Positions 26,463 through 33,382 of a DNA stretch of 37,322 nt are shown here, one piece after another; positions within the stretch are counted from its first letter, which is position 1; each line of letters starts with the position of its first letter. This DNA is from a virus. Taxonomy: Duplodnaviria; Caudoviricetes. The notes beneath the pieces are model-generated. The model was not told the origin of the DNA. It searched no databases and saw only the letters and a program-made list of their open reading frames with translations. Both the position numbers and the translations under genes were made by a program. The DNA is taken from the IMG/VR virus record IMGVR_UViG_3300047279_000044, positions 1 to 37,322 of that record; one strand, written 5' to 3'.

Positions 26463-26783
26463 TCAACGGCAATTCCAAAGTTCTTCAAGGGCATCATCAA
26501 GGCCAATATTGTCAGTGAATGTTGCCTTGCATGAATCAGCCCACCAATAACCTTCCACGGTGTTTATACGTGTGTTAACCCAGATATTAGGCCCACCAAA
26601 GGCCACCAGTACACGTGCACCTAAATATTCACCCTTACCATTGACAATATATTCGATGTCTAAAGCATCTTGAAGGTAGTCAAAGGCTGTCATTGACTCA
26701 CCATTGACATTCAATTCATCTTCATCGAATCCATTGGTGAGAGTGTCAGCAATGTGTTGCACAAAGTTAGTTTCTGTTATCAT
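26463..26783 (-). CDS. Hypothetical early protein
   Basis: DYLQDALDIEY..YLGARVLVAFGGPNIWVNT..VEGYW looks like a folded conserved domain; RBS aaagg. Confidence 0.75.
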   Translation of the reverse strand: MITETNFVQHIADTLTNGFDEDELNVNGESMTAFDYLQDALDIEYIVNGKGEYLGARVLVAFGGPNIWVNTRINTVEGYWWADSCKATFTDNIGLDDALEELWNCR

Positions 26784-26827
26784 GGTTTAACCTTTAAAGA
26801 TTAGGCCGTGGCCTCTCCCTGCAACAT

Positions 26828-26868
26828 TGCAGGCCATAGCATCCTACCATAGGACGCTACAGTCTGCA
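26828..26868 (-). promoter_or_regulatory. Long intergenic RNA hairpin, possible RNase III processing site
   Basis: - strand UGCAG-a-CUGUAGCGUCCUA-ugg-UAGGAUGCUAUGG-c-CUGCA; the inner-stem mismatches are G:U on this strand; no U-tract. Confidence 0.55.
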
Positions 26869-26871
26869 GAG

Positions 26872-27063
26872 TCACTTAAGAGACAAGCCTAAGAGTACAT
26901 TCTCAATCTCTTTGAATTGTGAAGGCTTGATATTGAGCCACTTTGTAGACCTGCCATCGTCTGACTTGATCTGGATTTTAAAGAACTGCCTGTCCTGTAC
27001 AGGAAATGGGCAGACGTTGATCAGTTCTTGATTGATATAATTGAGAGTTGTTTTATCTAGCAT
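26872..27063 (-). CDS. Hypothetical early protein (start refined to 27063)
   Basis: MLDKTT..GRSTKWLNI; RBS aaagg. The upstream extension in the ORF track overlaps another gene. Confidence 0.65.
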   Translation of the reverse strand: MLDKTTLNYINQELINVCPFPVQDRQFFKIQIKSDDGRSTKWLNIKPSQFKEIENVLLGLSLK

Positions 27064-27074
27064 GATAATAACCT

Positions 27075-27170
27075 TTACTTTGTGAGGACGTCGAAATAAG
27101 ACAATAAACCCATGCACAGACATAAACCCAGTGCAATTGCAAACAATACATCTAATATTTTATCTTTCAT
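27075..27170 (-). CDS. 31-aa single-TM peptide (not in ORF track)
   Basis: MKDKILDVLFAIALGLCLCMGLLSYFDVLTK; RBS aagggg. Confidence 0.7.
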   Translation of the reverse strand: MKDKILDVLFAIALGLCLCMGLLSYFDVLTK

Positions 27171-27171
27171 T

Positions 27172-27396
27172 TTAAACCCCTTTAGCATAGTTACGTAAAG
27201 ACTTAATATATCCAAGCTTGTCAGACTGAGCTTGAATGTTACCTTGCCAAGCCACCACTACAGTGCCTGACTTCTTAACACCTAAGAAGCGACCTTTATT
27301 AGACTTGTCGCCTGCGTAGACCATCTGACCGGCTTGAACGTGTTTGAGAAGGTCTACAGGCACAGACCAAATATTGAACATTGATTGATATTTCAT
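27172..27396 (-). CDS. Hypothetical early protein (start probably 27396)
   Basis: VQAGQMVYAGDKSNKGRFLGVK..VVAW; RBS aaggaa. Confidence 0.7.
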   Translation of the reverse strand: MKYQSMFNIWSVPVDLLKHVQAGQMVYAGDKSNKGRFLGVKKSGTVVVAWQGNIQAQSDKLGYIKSLRNYAKGV

Positions 27397-27409
27397 GACA
27401 TGTATTTCC

Positions 27410-27664
27410 TTATTCAAATGTTTCATCTACTGATATGTTAGCTTCACGTAAAGCTTTAACGACCGCCTTTGGAAGACACCAGTAACCATCATAATCTACA
27501 AGGTCAAGCCTGCCCCCATCTAACATCTCAAACCATAACCCGCCGCCCTCTGAGCCATCTTTGTGATCCCAAGCCCCATACAAAGCCGCTGGGTCAATCT
27601 TGACATCCCCGTACTCTGTAGAGTTGCCCCAAGGGTGTAGTGTGATTGTGAAATTGTAGGCCAT
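27410..27664 (-). CDS. Hypothetical early protein
   Basis: EGGGLWF..LVDYDGYWCLPKAV; RBS aaggag; TAATG overlap. Confidence 0.75.
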   Translation of the reverse strand: MAYNFTITLHPWGNSTEYGDVKIDPAALYGAWDHKDGSEGGGLWFEMLDGGRLDLVDYDGYWCLPKAVVKALREANISVDETFE

Positions 27665-27846
27665 TATGAATTCTCCTTTATGCCAAATTTGATGATGAAA
27701 TACTCAGGGAAGGTTTGCGAACGGTAGCAAATGCCATCCTTGATAAGGTCTAAAGCCGCATGCAGTTCTCTAGCACGGCTGTTCAGAACAGTGGCTGAAC
27801 CGTAGCGAGCGATCCAGTTCAGCAGGTCTCTAGTGGTGTTGTTCAA
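27664..27846 (-). CDS. First early gene, hypothetical (TTG start)
   Basis: RBS aggagag before TTG 27846. Confidence 0.65.
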   Translation of the reverse strand: MNNTTRDLLNWIARYGSATVLNSRARELHAALDLIKDGICYRSQTFPEYFIIKFGIKENS

Positions 27847-27895
27847 GTGTCTCTCCTAGTGGTTGACTGGTTGGCTCCTTGCCTTCCATGACTCT

Positions 27896-27904
27896 ATTAT
27901 GCCA
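27896..27904 (-). promoter_or_regulatory. Probable early promoter (extended -10 TGGCATAAT)
   Basis: About 50 bp upstream of the first early gene; no good -35 element. Confidence 0.4.
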
Positions 27905-28062
27905 TCATGAACCCTGCTGACTGTCACATTGGCGACAAACTACCAATTATTTAACAACTTTAAACCCTAATAGGGTAAACCCTTAGACTACCTGAGACAG
28001 AATCGATTAGAGGCCCTCAGAGGCGTTTGAGGGTGTAGTAGTACCTTACCCCTTGCCAAATG

Positions 28063-28181
28063 TTATCCACACCAGCTTTAGTACTTATCCACAATCTTAA
28101 CTCTTATATAAGACTTTGCCTGTTAATAACTTATACCCCCGACAGTAGCTTATCCACAGCCTGTTGATAACTTGTGCATAA
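28063..28181. promoter_or_regulatory. Cluster of DnaA boxes
   Basis: TTATCCACA at 28063, 28085 and 28150 (+); TTATGCACA at 28173-28181 (-); TTATCAACA at 28162-28170 (-); degenerate TTATTAACA at 28121-28129 (-). Confidence 0.85.
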
Positions 28182-28186
28182 CTATT

Positions 28187-28279
28187 AACCTTGTACTTTG
28201 TAGGGTCTTTAGTGTATAACCTTAGTATTTCAAGGGTCTTTATAGAATAGCCTTAGTACTTCAGAGGGTACTACAAAGC
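28187..28279 (+). repeat. Three degenerate 31-bp direct repeats
   Basis: aaccttgtactttgtagggtctttagtgtat / aaccttagtatttcaagggtctttatagaat / agccttagtacttcagagggtactacaaagc starting at 28187, 28218 and 28249. Confidence 0.75.
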
Positions 28280-28297
28280 CCCTCACATTGCTAGATC

Positions 28298-28320
28298 TAA
28301 ATAGGAATCATTCTCATTTA
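28298..28320. promoter_or_regulatory. Fur-box-like palindrome
   Basis: TAAATAGGAATCATTCTCATTTA; the - strand reads AATGAGAATGATTCCTATT. Confidence 0.55.
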
Positions 28321-28404
28321 GACTACTCAGTCTACTTAGTGACTACTCAGTACAGATTGTGACTACAGAGTCCACTTAGTGACTGCTTTGACTATAAAGT
28401 GACT
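28321..28404 (+). repeat. 20-bp-period degenerate tandem array (about 4.2 units) ending at a G6 run
   Basis: GACT recurs at 28321, 28341, 28361, 28381 and 28401: gactactcagtctacttagt / gactactcagtacagattgt / gactacagagtccacttagt / gactgctttgactataaagt. Confidence 0.8.
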
Positions 28405-28505
28405 GGGGGGTATGCCTGCTTAGCTGTGAATACTATTGTGGGAGCCTACAAAGTACACAAAAAAGTAAAACTAAAGAGATTAATTAGGGACAGATCAAAT
28501 AGACA

Positions 28506-28518
28506 TAAGTAGTTGATC
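28506..28518 (-). promoter_or_regulatory. IHF-like site
   Basis: - strand GATCAACTACTTA versus consensus WATCAANNNNTTR (one mismatch). Confidence 0.4.
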
Positions 28519-28644
28519 TACAAAGTAAAACTAACAAGAACTACAAAGTACCTTAAATGCAGTGTAACGATAGTATGAATGCTATGTAAGAATTAGAGTG
28601 TAGACTCTAAAGTGAAGATAAAGTAAGAATAAATAAGAAAAGAC

Positions 28645-28673
28645 TTGACAAATAGACAAACATAGTGTATAAT
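28645..28673 (+). promoter_or_regulatory. Perfect-consensus sigma70 promoter upstream of the terminase operon
   Basis: TTGACA (28645-28650), 17 bp, TATAAT (28668-28673), with an A-rich UP-like tract upstream. Confidence 0.9.
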
Positions 28674-28956
28674 ATTCTACATAGGATATAATTGTGTTTA
28701 CTAAGAAGCCTGACCCCACTTCTTAGGTTAACTTCTAAGGCTAATCCGTACACCCTAGTAGGGGAACATAGAAGTTAAATACACTATTAAAGATAATTAT
28801 TATAAGTTATTACTGTTAATGTTACTTATAAAGTAATTAATATTAATAATACTTATATAAGTACTTATAATATTTATGTCTATGTACTGTTAATGTTAAT
28901 GTCTTAGTACTCTATAGTACTATATGTTAAAGTCTCCCCTATAGAGGATAAAGACG

Positions 28957-29343
28957 ATGGAAGTAAAAGATGATGTCTCAAGGATTGTGTCTCCTAAACT
29001 CCGTGGTAAGGGCAGACCTCCAAAGAGTGATCTACAAGCTGTTAAGAATAGAACTAAGAATAAGGTAGGTAGACCTGTAGGTGATGCAGGAAGGCTTCAA
29101 GAGTTTAAGGAGAGGTTATTAGCTACAGGCGGTACTAGGATCCTCGATAAGATGATTCAGATAGCCTTAGATGATGAACACCCCGGACAGATGGCAGCTA
29201 TCAAGTTAGCTATGGATAGGATCTTACCAGCATCAGTGTTTGATACAGCTAAGAGTGGTGGTAGTATGCCTCAGATCAGTATTAACATTAGTGGACTTAA
29301 TAGTCCTATGGTTAGTACAAATGATGATGTTATTGACGTATGA
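28957..29343 (+). CDS. terS: Terminase small subunit
   Basis: KGRPPK / VGRPVG motifs, helical core AAIKLAMDRILP, QISINISG tail; overlaps the TerL start. Confidence 0.75.
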   Translation: MEVKDDVSRIVSPKLRGKGRPPKSDLQAVKNRTKNKVGRPVGDAGRLQEFKERLLATGGTRILDKMIQIALDDEHPGQMAAIKLAMDRILPASVFDTAKSGGSMPQISINISGLNSPMVSTNDDVIDV

Positions 29344-30596
29344 CAGAACTTAACTTTCAGTTACTTAAATGGCAACAAGAAGTCTTTAAAAACACACATC
29401 GCTTTAAGGTAGTTGCAGCTGGTCGTCGATGTGGTAAGTCTAGGTTATCGGCAGTGTCTTTGCTTATTGAAGCACTTAACTGCCCTGAAGGTTCGGCTGT
29501 AATGTATATTGCCCCTACTCTGGGACAAGCCCGGTCGATTCTATGGGATCTATTACATGACATTGGAAGACCTGTAATTAAGTCTAGTCACGTTAACAAC
29601 TTGGAAATAACACTTGTTAATGGTCGTAAGATTCTAGTAAGAGGAGCTGATAACCCTGATTCTTTGCGTGGTGTCTCGCTAACTTATGTGGTTCTTGATG
29701 AGTGTGCGTTTATTAAGCAGGACATCTGGGAAAAGGTTATACGAGCATCGCTATCGGACAAAAAAGGTAGGGCTTTATTTATTAGCACCCCGTCTGGTAG
29801 AAATTGGTTTTATGACATCTTTAACCTTGGTAAAGAGCAGGATGAAGAGTGGAAGTCATGGCACTTCACAACACAGGATAACGAGACTATTGATCCTAAA
29901 GAGATTGAGGCTGCAAAGCGTACATTGAGTTCCTTTGCATTCAAGCAGGAATACCTGTCTAGCTTTGATACCTCAGGTGCTGATGTCTTTAAAGAGGACT
30001 GGTTTAAACTATCTGAAGAACCTCAACACGGTAGCTACATTGTAGCCATCGACTTAGCAGGGTTTGAGGAGGTAGGTAAGAATGCTGGGGCATCTAAGAA
30101 GAGATTGGATGAGACAGCTATTGCAGTTGTTAAGCTAAAGGACAATGGTGATTGGTGGGTAGATAAGATACAGCACGGTAGGTGGGACATTAGAGAGACT
30201 GCTGTAAATATCCTGAAGATCATTAGAGACTACCAACCAACTGCAGTAGGGATTGAGAAAGGTGCATTGAAGAATGCAGTTCTACCGTACCTGACTGACT
30301 TGATGAGAAAGAATAATATCTACTCACACATTCAGGACTTAACTCATGGTAACAAGAAGAAAGTAGATAGAGTTGTCTGGAGCTTACAAGGTCGTATGGA
30401 ACATGGAAGGATCTCCTTCAATGAGTCAGAGGATTGGAGTGAGTTTAAGGATCAACTAATTATGTTTCCCACAGCTGGCGTACATGATGACTTAGTAGAT
30501 GCTCTAAGTTACATTGACCAACTAGCTATAGCTTCCTATAACAGTGATTATGAAGAGGAAGAGTGGGATGTTTATGACAAGATAGCAGGATATTAA
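29340..30596 (+). CDS. terL: Terminase large subunit
   Basis: AGRRCGKS (Walker A), VVLDE (Walker B), ISTP, IDLAG and HDDLVDAL nuclease motifs. Confidence 0.97.
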   Translation: MTELNFQLLKWQQEVFKNTHRFKVVAAGRRCGKSRLSAVSLLIEALNCPEGSAVMYIAPTLGQARSILWDLLHDIGRPVIKSSHVNNLEITLVNGRKILVRGADNPDSLRGVSLTYVVLDECAFIKQDIWEKVIRASLSDKKGRALFISTPSGRNWFYDIFNLGKEQDEEWKSWHFTTQDNETIDPKEIEAAKRTLSSFAFKQEYLSSFDTSGADVFKEDWFKLSEEPQHGSYIVAIDLAGFEEVGKNAGASKKRLDETAIAVVKLKDNGDWWVDKIQHGRWDIRETAVNILKIIRDYQPTAVGIEKGALKNAVLPYLTDLMRKNNIYSHIQDLTHGNKKKVDRVVWSLQGRMEHGRISFNESEDWSEFKDQLIMFPTAGVHDDLVDALSYIDQLAIASYNSDYEEEEWDVYDKIAGY

Positions 30597-30610
30597 AAGG
30601 AACTAACATC

Positions 30611-30781
30611 ATGGCTAATGGTTTGTATGCAAATATTAATGCTAAACGTAAACGTATCGAAGCAGGTTCAGGTGAGAAGATGAACAAGGTAGGCTCTAAA
30701 GCTGCCCCGTCTAAGATGGACTTTGTTAACTCAGCTAAGACAGCTAAGAAGCCTACTAAGACTACTAAGAAGATGTACTAA
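30611..30781 (+). CDS. Small basic protein, 56 aa (not in ORF track)
   Basis: MANGLYANINAKRKRIEAGSGEKMNKVGSKAAPSKMDFVNSAKTAKK..; RBS aaagga. Confidence 0.8.
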   Translation: MANGLYANINAKRKRIEAGSGEKMNKVGSKAAPSKMDFVNSAKTAKKPTKTTKKMY

Positions 30782-30782
30782 C

Positions 30783-31040
30783 ATGAAAGACTCTAGACTT
30801 GAAAGAGCTGGTGTAAGTGGCTTTAACAAGCCTAAGAAGACACCTAGTCACCCAACTAAGAGTCACGTTGTAGTGGCTAAAGAGGGTGATCAAGTTAAGA
30901 CTATTAGGTTTGGACAGCAGGGTGTCTCAGGTAGTCCTGACGGATCAGCTCGTAACGAAGCCTTTAAAGATCGTCACGCTAAGAACATTGCCAAGGGTAA
31001 GATGTCAGCGGCTTATTGGGCCAACAAAGTTAAATGGTAA
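30783..31040 (+). CDS. Small basic protein, 85 aa (start refined to 30783)
   Basis: NKPKKTPSHPTKSHVV..KTIRFGQQG..FKDRHAKNI..SAAYWA; ATG follows the upstream stop after a 1-bp gap. Confidence 0.8.
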   Translation: MKDSRLERAGVSGFNKPKKTPSHPTKSHVVVAKEGDQVKTIRFGQQGVSGSPDGSARNEAFKDRHAKNIAKGKMSAAYWANKVKW

Positions 31041-31055
31041 TAAGGAACATGTAAT

Positions 31056-33068
31056 ATGGATGATATTGGTAAAGACAGTCCCTTTGAGGAACCTACAGAG
31101 TCTGAGAAGGAACTAACCTCTTGGATTGTAGACCATACAGATCGTTGGCGTGACCACCGTGATGCTAACTACATTGAACTGTGGGAAGAATACGAGCGTA
31201 TCTTCCGTGGTCAGTGGTCTTCTGGAGATAGACAACGTGAGTCAGAGCGTTCACGTATCATCTCTCCAGCCTCTCAGCAAGCTGTGGAGACTCGCCACGC
31301 TGAGATCATGGAAGCTATCTTTGGTCAGGGTGAGTTCTTTGACATCCAAGATGACGTTAAAGATGTCAACGGTAATCCCTTTGATGTTGAACAAATTAAG
31401 ATTCAACTTCACGAAGACTTCAAACGAGATAAGATTAAGAAAGCTGTTGACCAGATTGAGTTGATGGCTGAAATATACGGTACAGGTATTGGTGAGATCA
31501 TCATCAAGACTGAAAAGCAATACATCCCCTCTACTCAAGCTATCCCCGGAATTAGTGGAGCAGCTGCTATTGGTGTTCAAGAGAAGGATCGTGTTGCAGT
31601 TAAGATTAAACCTGTCAACCCTAAGAACTTCCTTATTGACCCAAATGCTGATTCCATTGATGATGCCTTAGGTGTTGCCATTGAGAAGTACGTATCCATT
31701 CACAAGATTGTTGAAGGTATTGAAAATGGTATCTACAAGAAAGTAGACATTACGCCTCAGTACGATGATTCTACACTTGAAGCTACTCAAGACCTACGTA
31801 ACTTTGAAGATGATAAAGTTAAGTTGTTAACTTATTACGGATTGGTTCCTCGTGAGTACTTGGAAGACATGGAAGAGGGAGACAGTGAGGTTGAAGACCT
31901 GTTCCCTGATGACTCCGTAGCTGATAACCATTCAGACTTGGTAGAAGCTATTATTGTTATTGCTAATGACTCAGTTCTTTTGAAGGCTGAGGCAAATCCT
32001 TACATGATGAAGGATCGTCCAGTCATTGCCTACCAAGATGATACAGTACCCGGACGTTTCTGGGGTCGTGGTACGATGGAGAAAGCATACAACATGCAGA
32101 AGGCCATTGATGGGCAGCTACGTGCTCACATGGACTCCTTAGCGTTGACTACAGCACCTATGATTGCCATGGATGCTACAAGACTACCTCGTGGTGCTAA
32201 GTTTGAGATTAAGCCCGGTAAGGCTATCTTGACCAACGGCGCACCTTCTGAGATCTTGTTCCCCTTCAAGTTCGGTCAAACTGACGGTAACTCAGCAGCT
32301 GCAGCGCAGAACTTTGAGCGTATGCTGCTACAGGCTACAGGTACAGTTGACAGCGCAGGTATGCCATCTAACGTACCTCGTGACGCTGGCGCTGGCGGTA
32401 TGTCCATGGCTATGGCAGGTATCATCAAGAAGTACAAGCGTACCTTGAGTAACTTCCAAGAAGACTTCATGATTCCATTCATTAATAAGGCTGCCTTCCG
32501 TTATATGCAGTTTGATAGTGAGCGTTATCCTTCCGTTGACATGGTATTTATCCCAACAGCTACTTTGGGTATCTTGGCACGAGAGTTTGAACAGCAACAG
32601 ATGATTGGATTGCTGCAGACACTTGGCCCTAATACACCAGTATTGCCTTTGATCCTTAAAGGAATCCTACAGAATAGCTCCTTGTCTAACCGTGGTGAGT
32701 TGATGCAGGCTTTAGATCAGATGTCACAGCCTAATCCGCAGGCTCAGCAGGCTGAACAGGCTCAACAAGAGGCTGCAATGCAACTGGCACAGGCTCAGGT
32801 AGCAGATCTGCAGTCTAAGGCTCAGAAACAACAAGCTGAAGCCCAGAAAACTATGGTTGAAACTCAGATGATCCCTGAAGAACAGCGTGTAAAGCTAGTT
32901 CAAGCTGCATCTACTAACCTAGATAACGGTGGTGACTTTGAGAAGCGACTGAAACTGGCTGACATGATGCTTAAAGAGAAGCAAGTTAACCTCAAAGCTG
33001 CTGATATTGCCTCAAATGAGCGTATTGCTACACTTCAAATGATGAATAAGCAACAAAAGATACGATAA
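31056..33068 (+). CDS. Portal protein (P22 gp1-like, with C-terminal Gln-rich barrel)
   Basis: 670 aa after TerL; YGTGIG, NPKNFLIDP, FWGRG..QKAID motifs; Q/A coiled-coil tail. Confidence 0.88.
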   Translation: MDDIGKDSPFEEPTESEKELTSWIVDHTDRWRDHRDANYIELWEEYERIFRGQWSSGDRQRESERSRIISPASQQAVETRHAEIMEAIFGQGEFFDIQDDVKDVNGNPFDVEQIKIQLHEDFKRDKIKKAVDQIELMAEIYGTGIGEIIIKTEKQYIPSTQAIPGISGAAAIGVQEKDRVAVKIKPVNPKNFLIDPNADSIDDALGVAIEKYVSIHKIVEGIENGIYKKVDITPQYDDSTLEATQDLRNFEDDKVKLLTYYGLVPREYLEDMEEGDSEVEDLFPDDSVADNHSDLVEAIIVIANDSVLLKAEANPYMMKDRPVIAYQDDTVPGRFWGRGTMEKAYNMQKAIDGQLRAHMDSLALTTAPMIAMDATRLPRGAKFEIKPGKAILTNGAPSEILFPFKFGQTDGNSAAAAQNFERMLLQATGTVDSAGMPSNVPRDAGAGGMSMAMAGIIKKYKRTLSNFQEDFMIPFINKAAFRYMQFDSERYPSVDMVFIPTATLGILAREFEQQQMIGLLQTLGPNTPVLPLILKGILQNSSLSNRGELMQALDQMSQPNPQAQQAEQAQQEAAMQLAQAQVADLQSKAQKQQAEAQKTMVETQMIPEEQRVKLVQAASTNLDNGGDFEKRLKLADMMLKEKQVNLKAADIASNERIATLQMMNKQQKIR

Positions 33069-33081
33069 GTTAACAAAAGAC

Positions 33082-33110
33082 TTGACAAAGTGTTGTTTTT
33101 ATGCTACAAT
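33082..33110 (+). promoter_or_regulatory. Sigma70 promoter for the scaffold/capsid operon
   Basis: TTGACA-17 bp-TACAAT with a TGn extension; shares AAAAGACTTGACAAA with the promoter at 28645. Confidence 0.85.
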
Positions 33111-33148
33111 AATGCTTATGCAAGTTACTTTATAGAAGGATAAGCCAA

Positions 33149-33382
33149 ATGGCCCCTGATTTACAGAAATATTATGAAGAAACCTTTAATACCATGAGTA
33201 CTAAGGGTTGGGAGTTCCTCATAGAGGACTTCGAAGAGATTAAGGCTAGTTTAAACAATCTTTCTACTGTCGACGATACACACACATTATTTTATCGTAA
33301 AGGACAGCTAGATATTATTGAATTAGTTTTAGGGCGTAAGGCTACGTGTGAGAAGGTATTTGAGGATCTACAAGATGAGTAA
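33149..33382 (+). CDS. Small head-module protein
   Basis: GWEFLIED..LFYRKGQL; helical gene between portal and scaffold; RBS aagga. Confidence 0.75.
   Translation: MAPDLQKYYEETFNTMSTKGWEFLIEDFEEIKASLNNLSTVDDTHTLFYRKGQLDIIELVLGRKATCEKVFEDLQDE

Noticed and set aside
13798-27846. Integrase, repressor or other lysogeny module; introns or inteins in nrdJ, pol, primase or terL
   Set aside because: No recombinase or HTH repressor motifs recognised, and the enzyme ORFs are continuous and of compact length.
28187-28410. 31-bp and 20-bp arrays as a CRISPR or mini-CRISPR array
   Set aside because: Units are degenerate and contiguous, with no unique spacers of CRISPR length and no cas genes.
28690-28770. 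tRNA gene
   Set aside because: Hairpins are present but there is no cloverleaf or TTCGA T-loop.
28772-28790. T7/SP6-type phage RNA polymerase promoter
   Set aside because: Only the ACACTAT core resembles one and no single-subunit RNA polymerase is encoded. Kept only as a shared motif of unknown function.
30723-30782. N-terminal extension of the 105-aa ORF in the track
   Set aside because: It overlaps the 56-aa gene at 30611-30781 in another frame; ATG 30783 is the more plausible start.
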